A stretch of DNA of 64,000 nucleotides from Candidatus Methylomirabilota bacterium (GTDB lineage: Bacteria > Methylomirabilota > Methylomirabilia > Rokubacteriales > DASRDR01): contig DASZOL010000069.1 of the NCBI GenBank assembly GCA_035550795.1, positions 3,942-67,941 on the forward strand, given 5' to 3'. Shown here in pieces: positions 10,645 through 19,973 of this stretch; position 1 is the stretch's first letter, and each line of letters opens with the position of its first letter. The position numbers and the translations under genes were made by a program. Below the pieces are notes generated by a model, which was not told the origin of the DNA, did not search any database, and saw only the letters and a list, made by a program, of their open reading frames with translations.

Positions 10645-10673
10645 AGGGTAGCCCCGGGGCCCGCCAGGGTCAA
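10645..10673 (-). promoter_or_regulatory. Sigma70-type promoter TTGACC-17-TACCCT, predicted leaderless transcript
   Basis: -10 ends 6 nt before GTG 10638; no SD. Confidence 0.6.
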
Positions 10674-10783
10674 CGCGCCGGAGGCCGACTGCGCCGGAGG
10701 CCGACAGTCACCTCATCGCCGAGACGCGGACCCCGACAAGCCGGTTGGGTGGGGACCGGCCGACCGCCCCGGACGCGGCCAAG

Positions 10784-11488
10784 CTAGGGCAGGAGGATCC
10801 GGCCGCCACCCATGGCGCGGAGAAAATCGCCGACCCCCATCTGGAGGAAGGGGTTCTCGCGCTTCTCGGCGCCCATCGTCGACTGGGGTCCGCCGTAGTT
10901 GTGGCCGGGCAGGAGGATCGTGTCGTCGGGGAGTCGAGCGAGGCGCTGGGTGAGACTCCGGTGCATCTCGGCGGGGTCACCGCCCGGCAGGTCCGTCCGG
11001 CCGCACGCCTGGATGAAGAGCGTGTCGCCCGAGACGAGCCGCCCGTCGACGAGGAAGCACTGGGAGCCCGGCGTGTGGCCAGGGGTATGGATGAAAGTGA
11101 TCGTGAACCGGCCGACCGGCAGGTCCATGGCGCTGTCCACCTGGACCAGATCGGAGCCAAAGCCCCGGAGGAACTCCCGCTCGGCCCGGTGCACGTAGAC
11201 CTTGGCCCGCGCCTGGCCGAGCAGCTCCTCGACCCCGGGAATCCGGCCCGGCATGCCCCAGTCCTCCAGCGTCCCGCCCACGTGATCCTGGTGCGTATGC
11301 GTGATCAGCGCGCCGGTGATGCGGAGCCCGTCCGCCTCGGCCGTCCGCACGATCGTGTCGATCTCCCACGCCGGGTCCACCACGACGCACTCGCCCGCCG
11401 CACGGTCTCCCACGAGGTAGACGAAGTTCTGCATGGGGCCGAGCTCCATCTGCTTCACGTACAGCTCGTCCCGTCCGCCGGCGCTCAT
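10784..11488 (-). CDS. MBL-fold metallo-hydrolase (glyoxalase II-like)
   Basis: THTHQDHVGG, HTPGHTPG, SGDTLF, PGH. Confidence 0.9.
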   Translation of the reverse strand: MSAGGRDELYVKQMELGPMQNFVYLVGDRAAGECVVVDPAWEIDTIVRTAEADGLRITGALITHTHQDHVGGTLEDWGMPGRIPGVEELLGQARAKVYVHRAEREFLRGFGSDLVQVDSAMDLPVGRFTITFIHTPGHTPGSQCFLVDGRLVSGDTLFIQACGRTDLPGGDPAEMHRSLTQRLARLPDDTILLPGHNYGGPQSTMGAEKRENPFLQMGVGDFLRAMGGGRILLP

Positions 11489-12270
11489 CGACCCAGGAAC
11501 CGCGGCGCGCGCCGCTCGCGCGCCGCCAGCAGCCCCTCCCGGAGATCCGCGCTGCCGAAGGTGATGGCCTGGCAGAACGCCTCGTACTCGACCGCCGCCG
11601 CGACCGCGCTCTCGAGCCCCTGGTACACGGCGCGCTTGAGCATCCGCACGACGAGCGGCGAGCTACCGGCGATCGACCGGGCCGTCTCCAGCGCGGTCGG
11701 CATCAGCTCGCTGCGCGGCACCGCCCGGTTCACCAGCCCCATGCTCTCGGCCTCCCGTCCGGACACGACCCGCCCCGTGTAGAAGAGCTCGAGCGCGCGC
11801 GCCGCCCCGACCGCGCGCGGCAGTGTGAGCGTCGAGGCCATGCCGGGGTGGAGACCGAGACGCGCGAAGTTGACGCTGAGCCGCGCGTCCTCCGCGGCGT
11901 ACCGGAGGTCGCACGCAAGCGCGAGGGCCAGGCCCCCGCCGACCGCATGGCCGTGGACGGCGGCGATCGTGGGAACGGGCAGACGCAAGAGGGAGAGGTA
12001 GCGGTCGTAGTACGCGCGCATCACCTGGCGGCGCGCCTCGACCTCCCGGCGCGTGTTGGCCTCGATGAGCGCCATGTCGCCGCCCGCGCAGAACGACTCC
12101 CCTGCCCCGGCCAGGACGAGAACGCGGACGTCCGCGTTCGCCTCGACGCCCCGCAGCGCGTCGGCGAGCTCCTCGCCCATCTGCTCGCTCATCGGGTTGC
12201 GCCGGGCCGGCTCGTTCAGCGTGAGGAGGGCGACCCCGTCCGTGACGTCGAGAAGGATCGTGTCCGCCAT
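11485..12270 (-). CDS. Enoyl-CoA hydratase/isomerase family protein
   Basis: FCAGGD, PTIAAVHGHAVGGG, LACDLRYA. Confidence 0.92.
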   Translation of the reverse strand: MADTILLDVTDGVALLTLNEPARRNPMSEQMGEELADALRGVEANADVRVLVLAGAGESFCAGGDMALIEANTRREVEARRQVMRAYYDRYLSLLRLPVPTIAAVHGHAVGGGLALALACDLRYAAEDARLSVNFARLGLHPGMASTLTLPRAVGAARALELFYTGRVVSGREAESMGLVNRAVPRSELMPTALETARSIAGSSPLVVRMLKRAVYQGLESAVAAAVEYEAFCQAITFGSADLREGLLAARERRAPRFLGR

Positions 12271-12324
12271 CGCTCGATCAGACCCTCACGGGCGCGGGGT
12301 GACCCGCCGCCTGCGGGACCCGCA

Positions 12325-14106
12325 CTAGAGGAGCAGCTCTTCGGGCGTTGAGGGCAGGTCGCCCAGAGTCTTCGACTCGACCGCGTAGAGGGCCGGCTGG
12401 CCGGGAATCCGCACGTACGTCAGGCCGGCCTCCTGCTTCCCCACGGCCAGCGCGCCGATCGTCCGACCATCCTTGCCGGACAGGGTGACCGTCGTGGCGC
12501 CCGCGTCGAGACCGTATCGGGCCGCGTCCCACCCCTGCTCCGCCACGAGATCCTTCCACTTGAGGTTGCGGAGCGTCCACACGAGCTCGCTCACGCGGCC
12601 GCCCCGGGCCTTCCCCGTCCTCGGCGCCGCGAGCCGCCAGTCCTCTTCACCCGCGCCCGACCGGTCGAGCGTGAGCGTCACGCTCGGATGCTGAATCGTG
12701 ATCCGGGCGACGTCCTTCGTATCGAAGGCCTCCGCCAGAGACCGGTCGCGCAGCTCCATGACGCCGCGCGCCAGCTCCTCCAGCGCCGTCGGGTCGACCG
12801 CCGCCACCCTGGCGGGACCCTGGCCGACGACGCTCGCGTACGCGCGGTCCTTCTCGCGGGCCGCAGCCAGCAGCAGGGTCTTGGGCTCCTTGGCCTCCTT
12901 CTCCCAGACGGTGATGCGGACCCGGGGCTTGTCGAGGCCGTAGGTGGCGAGCCGCTTGGCGTCCTCGGACACGAAGTCACGGGCGCGGAGGTCGCGCGCC
13001 TTGAAGAGCACCTGGCTCATCGCGCCCTCGTCGGCAGGGAGCGTCACGGGCGCCGTGATCCGCCACTTGCCGTCCTGGAGCGCGAGCGCCACCTTGCCCT
13101 TGGGGCTCTCGATCTCGACGCGCTCGAGCTTTCCCCGGTCGTAGGCGAAGACCGTCTTGTCCCGGAAGGCCATCGCCGAGTCGGGGATGGACTTCCACAG
13201 CTCCTCCTCCACCAGGAACACCGCACCGTCACCTTCACGCTGGGCATACACGGCCTTCTTGCCCGGCACCGCCTTGCCGAAGCGCAGCGTTCGCACGGTC
13301 CGCGAGGCCTCCTCGCCCACCCCGAGCGTGAGTCGGGCCGGCCGGTCGAGCCCGTACTCCGCCAGGCTCTTGGGCGCGTCGGTCACGAACTCCTTGATTT
13401 TCGCGGCGTGGAGCTTCTCGAGGAGCCCGCTGATCGCCTCCCGGTCCGCCGGAGCCGCGAGGGGAGCCGTGAGCTGCCACTCGTCGGCGCCCTTGACCCC
13501 CGCCGCCGCGACCACCTGGCCCGCCGGTCCCCGCACCTCGACGGCCTTGACGTCCTTGCGTTCGAACGCGACCAGCGTGCGGTCGCGGAACTCGCCGGCC
13601 GGCTTCTGAACGTCTCGGAGAAGACCCTCGGGCACCAGGAGGACGGCAGGCTTGCCCGTCTCCTGGGCGTAGGCCCAGATGCCGGACGGGCTCTTCGCGC
13701 CAAGCTTGACGCCGCGCTCCTGTCCCTTGGCCTTGAAGGTCACCTCGGCGGCGGGAGGCGCGAGCCCGAAGTCCGCCGGCTGCGCGGGGTGGGCCTCGAT
13801 CTCGCGCTCGACCCGGAGGGTCGCCAGCGACGTCGCGAGGTCGTCCGCCGCCCGCCGGTCGGCCAGGGCCGCCACCGGCGCCACCAGGCTCCAGGTCTCA
13901 CCGGCCTTCCTGAGGTGTAGCGCGTCGGCGCCGCCCTTCCGGACGACGATCTCCTCGACGTCCTTCCCCTCCAGGCCCTTCCAGAGATGGTCCTTGATCG
14001 CGGCGGCCTTCTCGCGCTCGGGCCCCTGGCGGATGTCGTAGACGTAGTAGAAGGTGCCGAGCCCGAGCAGGAGAACGGCCAGTACCGTCGTCGTCAGCCA
14101 GCGCAT
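12325..14106 (-). CDS. DUF4340 domain protein, four tandem repeats, N-terminal TM anchor
   Basis: Four copies of W.L.AP....AD ... [YF]GL ... RD[RK] units. Confidence 0.85.
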   Translation of the reverse strand: MRWLTTTVLAVLLLGLGTFYYVYDIRQGPEREKAAAIKDHLWKGLEGKDVEEIVVRKGGADALHLRKAGETWSLVAPVAALADRRAADDLATSLATLRVEREIEAHPAQPADFGLAPPAAEVTFKAKGQERGVKLGAKSPSGIWAYAQETGKPAVLLVPEGLLRDVQKPAGEFRDRTLVAFERKDVKAVEVRGPAGQVVAAAGVKGADEWQLTAPLAAPADREAISGLLEKLHAAKIKEFVTDAPKSLAEYGLDRPARLTLGVGEEASRTVRTLRFGKAVPGKKAVYAQREGDGAVFLVEEELWKSIPDSAMAFRDKTVFAYDRGKLERVEIESPKGKVALALQDGKWRITAPVTLPADEGAMSQVLFKARDLRARDFVSEDAKRLATYGLDKPRVRITVWEKEAKEPKTLLLAAAREKDRAYASVVGQGPARVAAVDPTALEELARGVMELRDRSLAEAFDTKDVARITIQHPSVTLTLDRSGAGEEDWRLAAPRTGKARGGRVSELVWTLRNLKWKDLVAEQGWDAARYGLDAGATTVTLSGKDGRTIGALAVGKQEAGLTYVRIPGQPALYAVESKTLGDLPSTPEELLL

Positions 14107-14120
14107 CCGTCGACTCCGCG

Positions 14121-15686
14121 CTACCGCCCGCGCCGCCGGGCCACGGCCACCCCGCCCGCCGCGATCACTGCCAGCGGGATGAGCACCACCGGCACGAGAA
14201 ACACGACCTGGCCCTGGGCGGCGGTCAGGAAGACCGGAGCGCTCCGGGCCTCCCGCGGCCGCACCGCGATCAGATTCTCCTCCTCGGCGAGCCACGACAG
14301 CGTGTTGAGGAAGAAGTCGCGGTTGCCGGAGAGGTTGACGAACTCGTTCCCCGCGAAGTCGGAGTCGCCGATCAGCACGATCCGCGCCTTCGCTCCCTTC
14401 CGCTCGGCGGGCGCGTCCTTGGCGTCGAGCGTCGCGACCGCGGCGACGGTGAGGGGCCCCCGCGTCTCGCCGGGATCGGGCTTGACCTGGCCGGTGCGAA
14501 TCTGGTCCTGGCTGGTCTCGGCCCAGCTCTCGCCGGACGTCCGCGCGAGCCCCTGCGCGGTCACGCCCTCGGGCGCCTTCTCCTTCACGGAGACGGTGCG
14601 CGCGACCGGGAAGAAGGTCGCAAACCGGAAGTCGCGGGTGATCGGGTGCGAGAGGTAGTCCCCGACAACCGGGATCTCCGGCCCCGCGCCGGCCTGGCGG
14701 CCCTGGGGGTTGATGTCGATGATCACGTCGTTCCCGAGGCCGAGCCCCCAGCGCTCGAGGCTCGGTCCCAGCCCGGTGGTCTGGAACGGATCGATCATGA
14801 AGAGGATCTTGCCGGCCCGGGCCACGTATCCGGCCAGGGCGTCGATCTCGGTGGGCAGGAGCTCCTTCTGGGGGCCGGCAACGACCACGATGGTGGCGTC
14901 GTCCGGCACCTTGGGCTCGCGGGCGAGGAGGAGATCCTTGACGTCGTAGTTGAGCTTCTCGATGGCGGACTTCATCTGACCGTAGCCCGTCCGCTCGCTC
15001 GAGCCTGGGTCCTTCTCACCGTGCCCCTTGAGGAAGTAGATGACACGCTTGCCCGAGCGCGTGACTCGGACGATCCCGTTCGTCAGCTTCTCCTCGTCCA
15101 CGTCCTGGAGCTTCTCCTGCTTCTTCTGCCCGTCGGGCAGGACGGCTTCCAGGACAACCGTGCCGTAGGTCTCAAAGTTGTACTGCCGGGCCAGCAGCGG
15201 ATTCCGGTCCGCGTCGACGACTTCCCAGGTGAACTTCCCGTTCGAGCGCTGCGCGTACTGCTTGAGGAGATCCTCGGCCGCCCGCTTGTTCGGCTGATCC
15301 GGCCGGAAGAAGGCGACCGCCTTGACGGGCACGGCCAGCTCGCTGGCGATCTTCACGGTCTGGGGGGACAGGCTCCAGCGCTTGTTCTCGGTCAGGTCCA
15401 CCCGCCAGTTGTGCCGGTACGACACCGCCTCGACCAGCGCGATGACTCCCAGGATCAGGACGACCAGGATCGCCGCGTTGAGGCCGTACCGGGCCGCCCG
15501 CCCGGCCAGGGCCCGGCGCACGTTGCTCGCAAAGCTCGCGTACAGACCGAACAGCAGCACCAGTCCGCCGAGAATCAGCAGCGCCGGCCAGACCTTGGTC
15601 CACGACGGCCGGTAGGTCTGGAGGACGAAGCCCGCCACCAAGCCGGCGAGGCCGAAGAAGAGTGCCGGAGTCCCGAGTCGCTCCAT
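14121..15686 (-). CDS. GldG family ABC-associated protein
   Basis: DLTENKRWSLSPQT, YFLKGHGE, LIGDSDF, NRDFFLNTLSWL, C-terminal TM. Confidence 0.88.
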   Translation of the reverse strand: MERLGTPALFFGLAGLVAGFVLQTYRPSWTKVWPALLILGGLVLLFGLYASFASNVRRALAGRAARYGLNAAILVVLILGVIALVEAVSYRHNWRVDLTENKRWSLSPQTVKIASELAVPVKAVAFFRPDQPNKRAAEDLLKQYAQRSNGKFTWEVVDADRNPLLARQYNFETYGTVVLEAVLPDGQKKQEKLQDVDEEKLTNGIVRVTRSGKRVIYFLKGHGEKDPGSSERTGYGQMKSAIEKLNYDVKDLLLAREPKVPDDATIVVVAGPQKELLPTEIDALAGYVARAGKILFMIDPFQTTGLGPSLERWGLGLGNDVIIDINPQGRQAGAGPEIPVVGDYLSHPITRDFRFATFFPVARTVSVKEKAPEGVTAQGLARTSGESWAETSQDQIRTGQVKPDPGETRGPLTVAAVATLDAKDAPAERKGAKARIVLIGDSDFAGNEFVNLSGNRDFFLNTLSWLAEEENLIAVRPREARSAPVFLTAAQGQVVFLVPVVLIPLAVIAAGGVAVARRRGR

Positions 15687-15691
15687 GTCGG

Positions 15692-16459
15692 TCAGCCTCT
15701 CCAGCGCTTCGAATCGAGCGAACGCAAGGTGAGGAACAGGGCCAGGATCGTGAGGTTCAGGTAGTAGATCAGGTCCTTCGTGTCGATCACGCCCTTCGCG
15801 AACGACTCGAAGTGCTCGGTGAGGGACACGTGGGAGAGCACTCGCCCGAGGGCCCCCCCCGCGGAGTCGGAGGCCCAGGCGATCACCCAGAAGATCAGGA
15901 GCGTCCCGAAGGTCGCGACGGCCGCCACGATCTGATTCTCGGTCAGGGACGAGATGAGGATCCCGATCGCGATGAACGCCGCGCCCTGGAGCAGGAGCCC
16001 CAGATACCCGGTCGCCAGCGGCCCCCACTCCACCGGGGTGACCCAGGCCACGATCAGTGGATAGGCGGCGGTCAGGGCCAGCATGGCGGCGAAGACGGCG
16101 AGCGCGGCCAGGTACTTTCCGAGCAGGACCTCGCCGTCCCGGACCGGGTAGGTCAGGAGCAGCTCGATCGTCCCGCTCTTCTTCTCCTCGGCGAACAGAC
16201 GCATCGTGAGAATCGGCATCATCAGCAGCATGATGACGCTGATGTTCTGGAACAGGGGCCGCAGGACGCCCTCGGTGACCGAGAGGTCACGCGCCATCAT
16301 GGGATTCATCGCCGACTGCATGCTCATGATCGTGTAAAACGCGAACACGTTGTAGAAGAACCAGCCGCTGATCAGCGAGAAGATCGCCAGGACCGCATAG
16401 GCGATGGGCGAGCTGAAGTACACCCGGAGCTCCTTCTTGAAGACGGCCCAGGTCCTCAT
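15692..16459 (-). CDS. ABC-2 type permease (GldF-like)
   Basis: KKELRVYFSSPIAY, TMRLFAEEKKSGTIELLLT, FAKGVID. Confidence 0.9.
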   Translation of the reverse strand: MRTWAVFKKELRVYFSSPIAYAVLAIFSLISGWFFYNVFAFYTIMSMQSAMNPMMARDLSVTEGVLRPLFQNISVIMLLMMPILTMRLFAEEKKSGTIELLLTYPVRDGEVLLGKYLAALAVFAAMLALTAAYPLIVAWVTPVEWGPLATGYLGLLLQGAAFIAIGILISSLTENQIVAAVATFGTLLIFWVIAWASDSAGGALGRVLSHVSLTEHFESFAKGVIDTKDLIYYLNLTILALFLTLRSLDSKRWRG

Positions 16460-17445
16460 GGCGCCACGTCCTCCGCCGCCGCGGCGCCGGCGTCGACCAT
16501 TGCCTCGTCGTGCTCCTCGCCCGCCACCACGCGGATAAACAGGTCCTCGAGCGACAGGCCGAGGGCGCGCAGCTCGAGAAGACCCCAGCGCTGCTGCGCG
16601 GCCAGCTGGGCCACGTCCCGCCTGACGTCCCGCGCCCGGTCCGCCTCCAGGACGAACGTGCCGACGCCGTCGCTGCCGCCCCGGCTCTCCACCCGTTGGA
16701 CGCCGGGCAGGGCCCGGAGCGACCGGGCGATCAGCTCGGGCGGGCCCTCGATCTGCGCTTGCACCCGCGCCACCGGGGAGAGCTCTTGCATCAGCCGATC
16801 GAGGGGGCCGGACGCGACGATCCGGCCGCGGTTGATGATGACCACCCCCTCGCAGACCATCGACACCTCGGGCAGGATGTGCGTCGAGAGGATGACCGTG
16901 TGGGCGCCGGCCAGCGACTTGATGAGCTGGCGGATCCCGACAATCTGCTTGGGATCGAGTCCGATCGTCGGCTCGTCAAGGATGAGGACCTCCGGATCGG
17001 CGATGAGCGCCTGGGCCAGGCCAACTCGCTGGCGGTACCCCTTCGAGAGTCGCCCGATCAGCCGCTCACGTACGTCGGGGATCTGGCATTGTTCGAGAAC
17101 CTCCCCGACCCGGCGCAGCCGCTCGCTCCGGCCCAGCCCCTTGATGTGGGCGACGAAATCGAGGTACGCGGCCACCGTCATGTCCCCGTAGAGCGGGACG
17201 TTCTCAGGGAGGTAGCCGATGCGGCGCCGCACCTCCAGGGACTGCTCGAACACGTCGTAGCCGGCCACCCGAGCGGTCCCGCTGGACGCGGGCATGAAGC
17301 AGGAGAGGATCCGCATGGTCGTCGTCTTGCCCGCCCCGTTCGGGCCCAGGAAGCCGACGACCTGGCCCTTCTCGACGGCGAAGGAGACGTCCTGGATGGC
17401 CGGCACCGGCCCGTAACGCTTGGTGAGGCGATCGACCTCGATCAT
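16456..17445 (-). CDS. ABC transporter ATP-binding protein (GldA-like)
   Basis: GPNGAGKTT, LSKGYRQR, ILDEP, STH. Confidence 0.93.
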   Translation of the reverse strand: MIEVDRLTKRYGPVPAIQDVSFAVEKGQVVGFLGPNGAGKTTTMRILSCFMPASSGTARVAGYDVFEQSLEVRRRIGYLPENVPLYGDMTVAAYLDFVAHIKGLGRSERLRRVGEVLEQCQIPDVRERLIGRLSKGYRQRVGLAQALIADPEVLILDEPTIGLDPKQIVGIRQLIKSLAGAHTVILSTHILPEVSMVCEGVVIINRGRIVASGPLDRLMQELSPVARVQAQIEGPPELIARSLRALPGVQRVESRGGSDGVGTFVLEADRARDVRRDVAQLAAQQRWGLLELRALGLSLEDLFIRVVAGEEHDEAMVDAGAAAAEDVAP

Positions 17446-17550
17446 CGCTCGTCGCTCCGCTCCCGTGGAAACGCACGCTGAATCATCGACCGGAGAATTG
17501 GGGCGCTGTCGCGGCTCCCTGCAGGACGACGGGACTGCGATCAGTCACGA

Positions 17551-17559
17551 AGTATAGCA
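17551..17559 (-). promoter_or_regulatory. Extended -10 (TG-C-TATACT) for the Gld-like operon
   Basis: TGnTATACT ~105 nt before ATG 17445. Confidence 0.6.
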
Positions 17560-17593
17560 TAGGGCCGTCGCGCGGATCCCGCGACCGGGTCCC

Positions 17594-17626
17594 GGAGCCG
17601 GGCGGCCGGCCGGGCCGCCCGGCTCC
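17594..17626. terminator. Perfect 14-bp GC hairpin (possible terminator or structure element)
   Basis: GGAGCCGGGCGGCC / GGCCGCCCGGCTCC with 5-nt loop; no U-tract. Confidence 0.4.
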
Positions 17627-17828
17627 GATGAGCCCCGCGAGCCGCCCGCCGGCGGTGACGTCGGTGCGCCCGACGCTCGTGCCGGGGGGGAACCCCGCCA
17701 TTGTCAGGATGTCCCCCGTGATGGGCACCGGGAAGCCCGCGCCGCCCCGAGATCCGCACGTCGTTCGGGGTGACCGTGAAGTCCGAAGGCCCGCCGGATC
17801 ACCCCCCGCCGGCCGGCGCGGGCGGCGG

Positions 17829-18239
17829 TCACGCAGAGGCGGTCTCCGGGGCCAGAAGTGGCTCGAGCCAGTCGGGGATGGCGATCATGCGCTGGGTTTC
17901 CGGATTCCAGCAGGCATGCCGCGTCTCCCCCGTGGCGACGGGCTCCCCCGTCTCCACCTGCCGGATGTCGTACCGGAAGACGAACGACGCCCGCTTCCGC
18001 TCGCTGATCCAGCATCGCACGCGCAGCAGGTCGTCCAGCCGCGCGGGCTTGATGTACCGCACCGACGCCTCGACGACAGGCATGTGGACCTTCCGGTCCA
18101 CCGTCGACATCGGAAGGCCGTGCTGGCGGAGGAACTCCACGCGGCCGACCTCGAAGTATGTGAGGTAGTTCCCGTAGTAGACGACGCCCATGGTGTCGGT
18201 CTCGGCGTACCGCACCCGGATCGTCGTCTCGCACACCAC
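17829..18239 (-). CDS. Acyl-CoA thioesterase (YbgC/FadM hotdog family); start uncertain
   Basis: RVRYAETDTMGVVYYGNYLTYFEVGRVE, YIKPARLDD. Confidence 0.9.
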   Translation of the reverse strand: MVCETTIRVRYAETDTMGVVYYGNYLTYFEVGRVEFLRQHGLPMSTVDRKVHMPVVEASVRYIKPARLDDLLRVRCWISERKRASFVFRYDIRQVETGEPVATGETRHACWNPETQRMIAIPDWLEPLLAPETASA

Positions 18240-18392
18240 CGCGTCGTGCGGCCTCTCAGCAACGCGGCGGGACGATGGAACGTCGCTGTCCCCCGGCGGG
18301 CGCCGCCCGCGTCTCCGGCCCCGGGCCCGGCGGCGGCGACGCCGCACCACGCCACCCGCGGCACCGGCGCCTCCGGAAGGGACGCGGCGGCA

Positions 18393-19349
18393 TCAGAGGT
18401 ACTGACCGTAGCGGATCTTGACGACCACGTCCCGGACGCGGCGCGACTCGTCCACCGCGGTCATGAGGTCCGCCGTCCGGACGAGGCCCGGGTCCTGCCC
18501 GCCTCCCGCCTGGTGGACCTTCTCCTCGAGCGCACGGTGTATCACCTCGGCGACCTCGCCGCCGCTCATCCCGGCCAGCCGGGACACGAGCAGGTCAGGG
18601 TCGATGGGCTCGAAGAGCGTCCGCTCGGCCATCGCCTCCGCGCGCTTGCGCTGGATCTCGAGGATCTCCCGCAGCGCCGGGCCGTCGGGCAGCGGCACCT
18701 CGATGAGGTGGTCCAGGCGCCCGGGAGCGATGAGGAACGATCCGATTCCGTCCGGGCGGCTCGTCGAGGCGAGGACCAGGAGCGAGGGGAAGGCCCGCAG
18801 CCCGTCGAGCAGCTCACAGATCCCGATCAGGAGCGGCGCCGCCGCCTCCCGGGCGCGCTCGGGAGGAAGCATGTGCTCGAACGAGAGGGCCTCCGCGTCC
18901 TCGAAGTAGAGGACGCCCTTCCCCTCCGAGCCGGCGAGCTGGAACACCTCCTTGATCACCTCGGCCGCCAGCGGGCCGACCTTGGAGGTGAGGGTCGCCA
19001 GCCGGAAGTGATAGAAGAGCGCTTCCGACAACGTCGCCAGGGCCTTCGCGAGCAGCGTCTTCCCGTTGCCGGGCGGTCCGTAGAGGAGTCCGCCGCGCGG
19101 CGGGGCGATGCCCCAGCGCCGGTAGAGCTCGGGCGTCCGGAGCGCGTGGGACAGCCCGCTGATCGCGGCCTTCGCGCTCTCGGCGCCCCCGATCATCCCG
19201 AAGGTCACCTCCGGCCGCGGGATGACCTCGACCCGCCCCCGGAGGTCCCCGAACTTCGGCTCGAGCTTGCCGACCAGATCGTCCAGACGGCGCTGGACGG
19301 CCCACTCCACCGCGGGCAGGGCGCGGCTCGATCCCGCTGCGTCGCGCAC
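18393..19349 (-). CDS. Single-domain AAA+ ATPase-like protein with C-terminal GQYL (proteasome-docking) motif
   Basis: PPRGGLLYGPPGNGKT Walker A, LYFEDAE altered Walker B, PGRLD, ends KIRYGQYL*. Confidence 0.85.
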   Translation of the reverse strand: MRDAAGSSRALPAVEWAVQRRLDDLVGKLEPKFGDLRGRVEVIPRPEVTFGMIGGAESAKAAISGLSHALRTPELYRRWGIAPPRGGLLYGPPGNGKTLLAKALATLSEALFYHFRLATLTSKVGPLAAEVIKEVFQLAGSEGKGVLYFEDAEALSFEHMLPPERAREAAAPLLIGICELLDGLRAFPSLLVLASTSRPDGIGSFLIAPGRLDHLIEVPLPDGPALREILEIQRKRAEAMAERTLFEPIDPDLLVSRLAGMSGGEVAEVIHRALEEKVHQAGGGQDPGLVRTADLMTAVDESRRVRDVVVKIRYGQYL

Positions 19350-19355
19350 GCGCGG

Positions 19356-19883
19356 TCAGAACGTCGGGGGGGACCCGGCCTTGGGCAGGGCCCGCTCCGC
19401 CTTCTCGAAGACCTGGTCCTCCACGAGGATGGGCACCCGAGCCCGGAGCGCCAGTGCGATGGCATCCGAGGGTCGGGAGTCGATGGTGAGCTGGGTCCCT
19501 GCGGCTTCGAGGTGGAGCTGAGCGTAGTACACGTCGTCCCGCAGATCCGTCACGACGATGCGCTTGAGGGAGGCACGGAGATCGCCGAGAACGTTGAGGA
19601 ACAGGTCGTGCGTCAGCGGGCGCGGGGGGGTGAGCCCCTGGAGCGCGATGGCGATCCCGTTGGCCTCGAACGGACCGATGCTCATCGCGAGCGGCCGTCG
19701 GTCTCGCTTGCCCTGGAGAAGCACGACCGGCTGGCGCGTGCTCGGGTCCAGGACGACGCCCGTGACCTCCGCCTCCTGCGGGCTCGGTGGCGGCCCGCCC
19801 GCCTTCGGCGGCGCGGTCGCGCCCAGGCCCATGAGTCCCACCAGCGCCGCCATGGCCAGTGTCCGCGATCGCGCTCCCCGCAT
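19356..19883 (-). CDS. Bifunctional nuclease family protein (DUF151) with signal-like N-terminus
   Basis: IGPFEANGIA, PRPLTHDL, IDSRPSDAIALALR; SD GGAGG 7 nt before ATG. Confidence 0.9.
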   Translation of the reverse strand: MRGARSRTLAMAALVGLMGLGATAPPKAGGPPPSPQEAEVTGVVLDPSTRQPVVLLQGKRDRRPLAMSIGPFEANGIAIALQGLTPPRPLTHDLFLNVLGDLRASLKRIVVTDLRDDVYYAQLHLEAAGTQLTIDSRPSDAIALALRARVPILVEDQVFEKAERALPKAGSPPTF

Positions 19884-19920
19884 GGCGCATCCTCCCCCAG
19901 CGCCCCCGCGCCGTGCGCGC

Positions 19921-19926
19921 AGTATA
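19921..19926 (-). promoter_or_regulatory. -10 box TATACT for the DUF151-AAA operon
   Basis: TATACT ~37 nt before ATG 19883. Confidence 0.5.
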
Positions 19927-19973
19927 CCCCATCTCGCGCGCGCGGCCTCCGGGCCGGACCCAGGACCTGGCGG

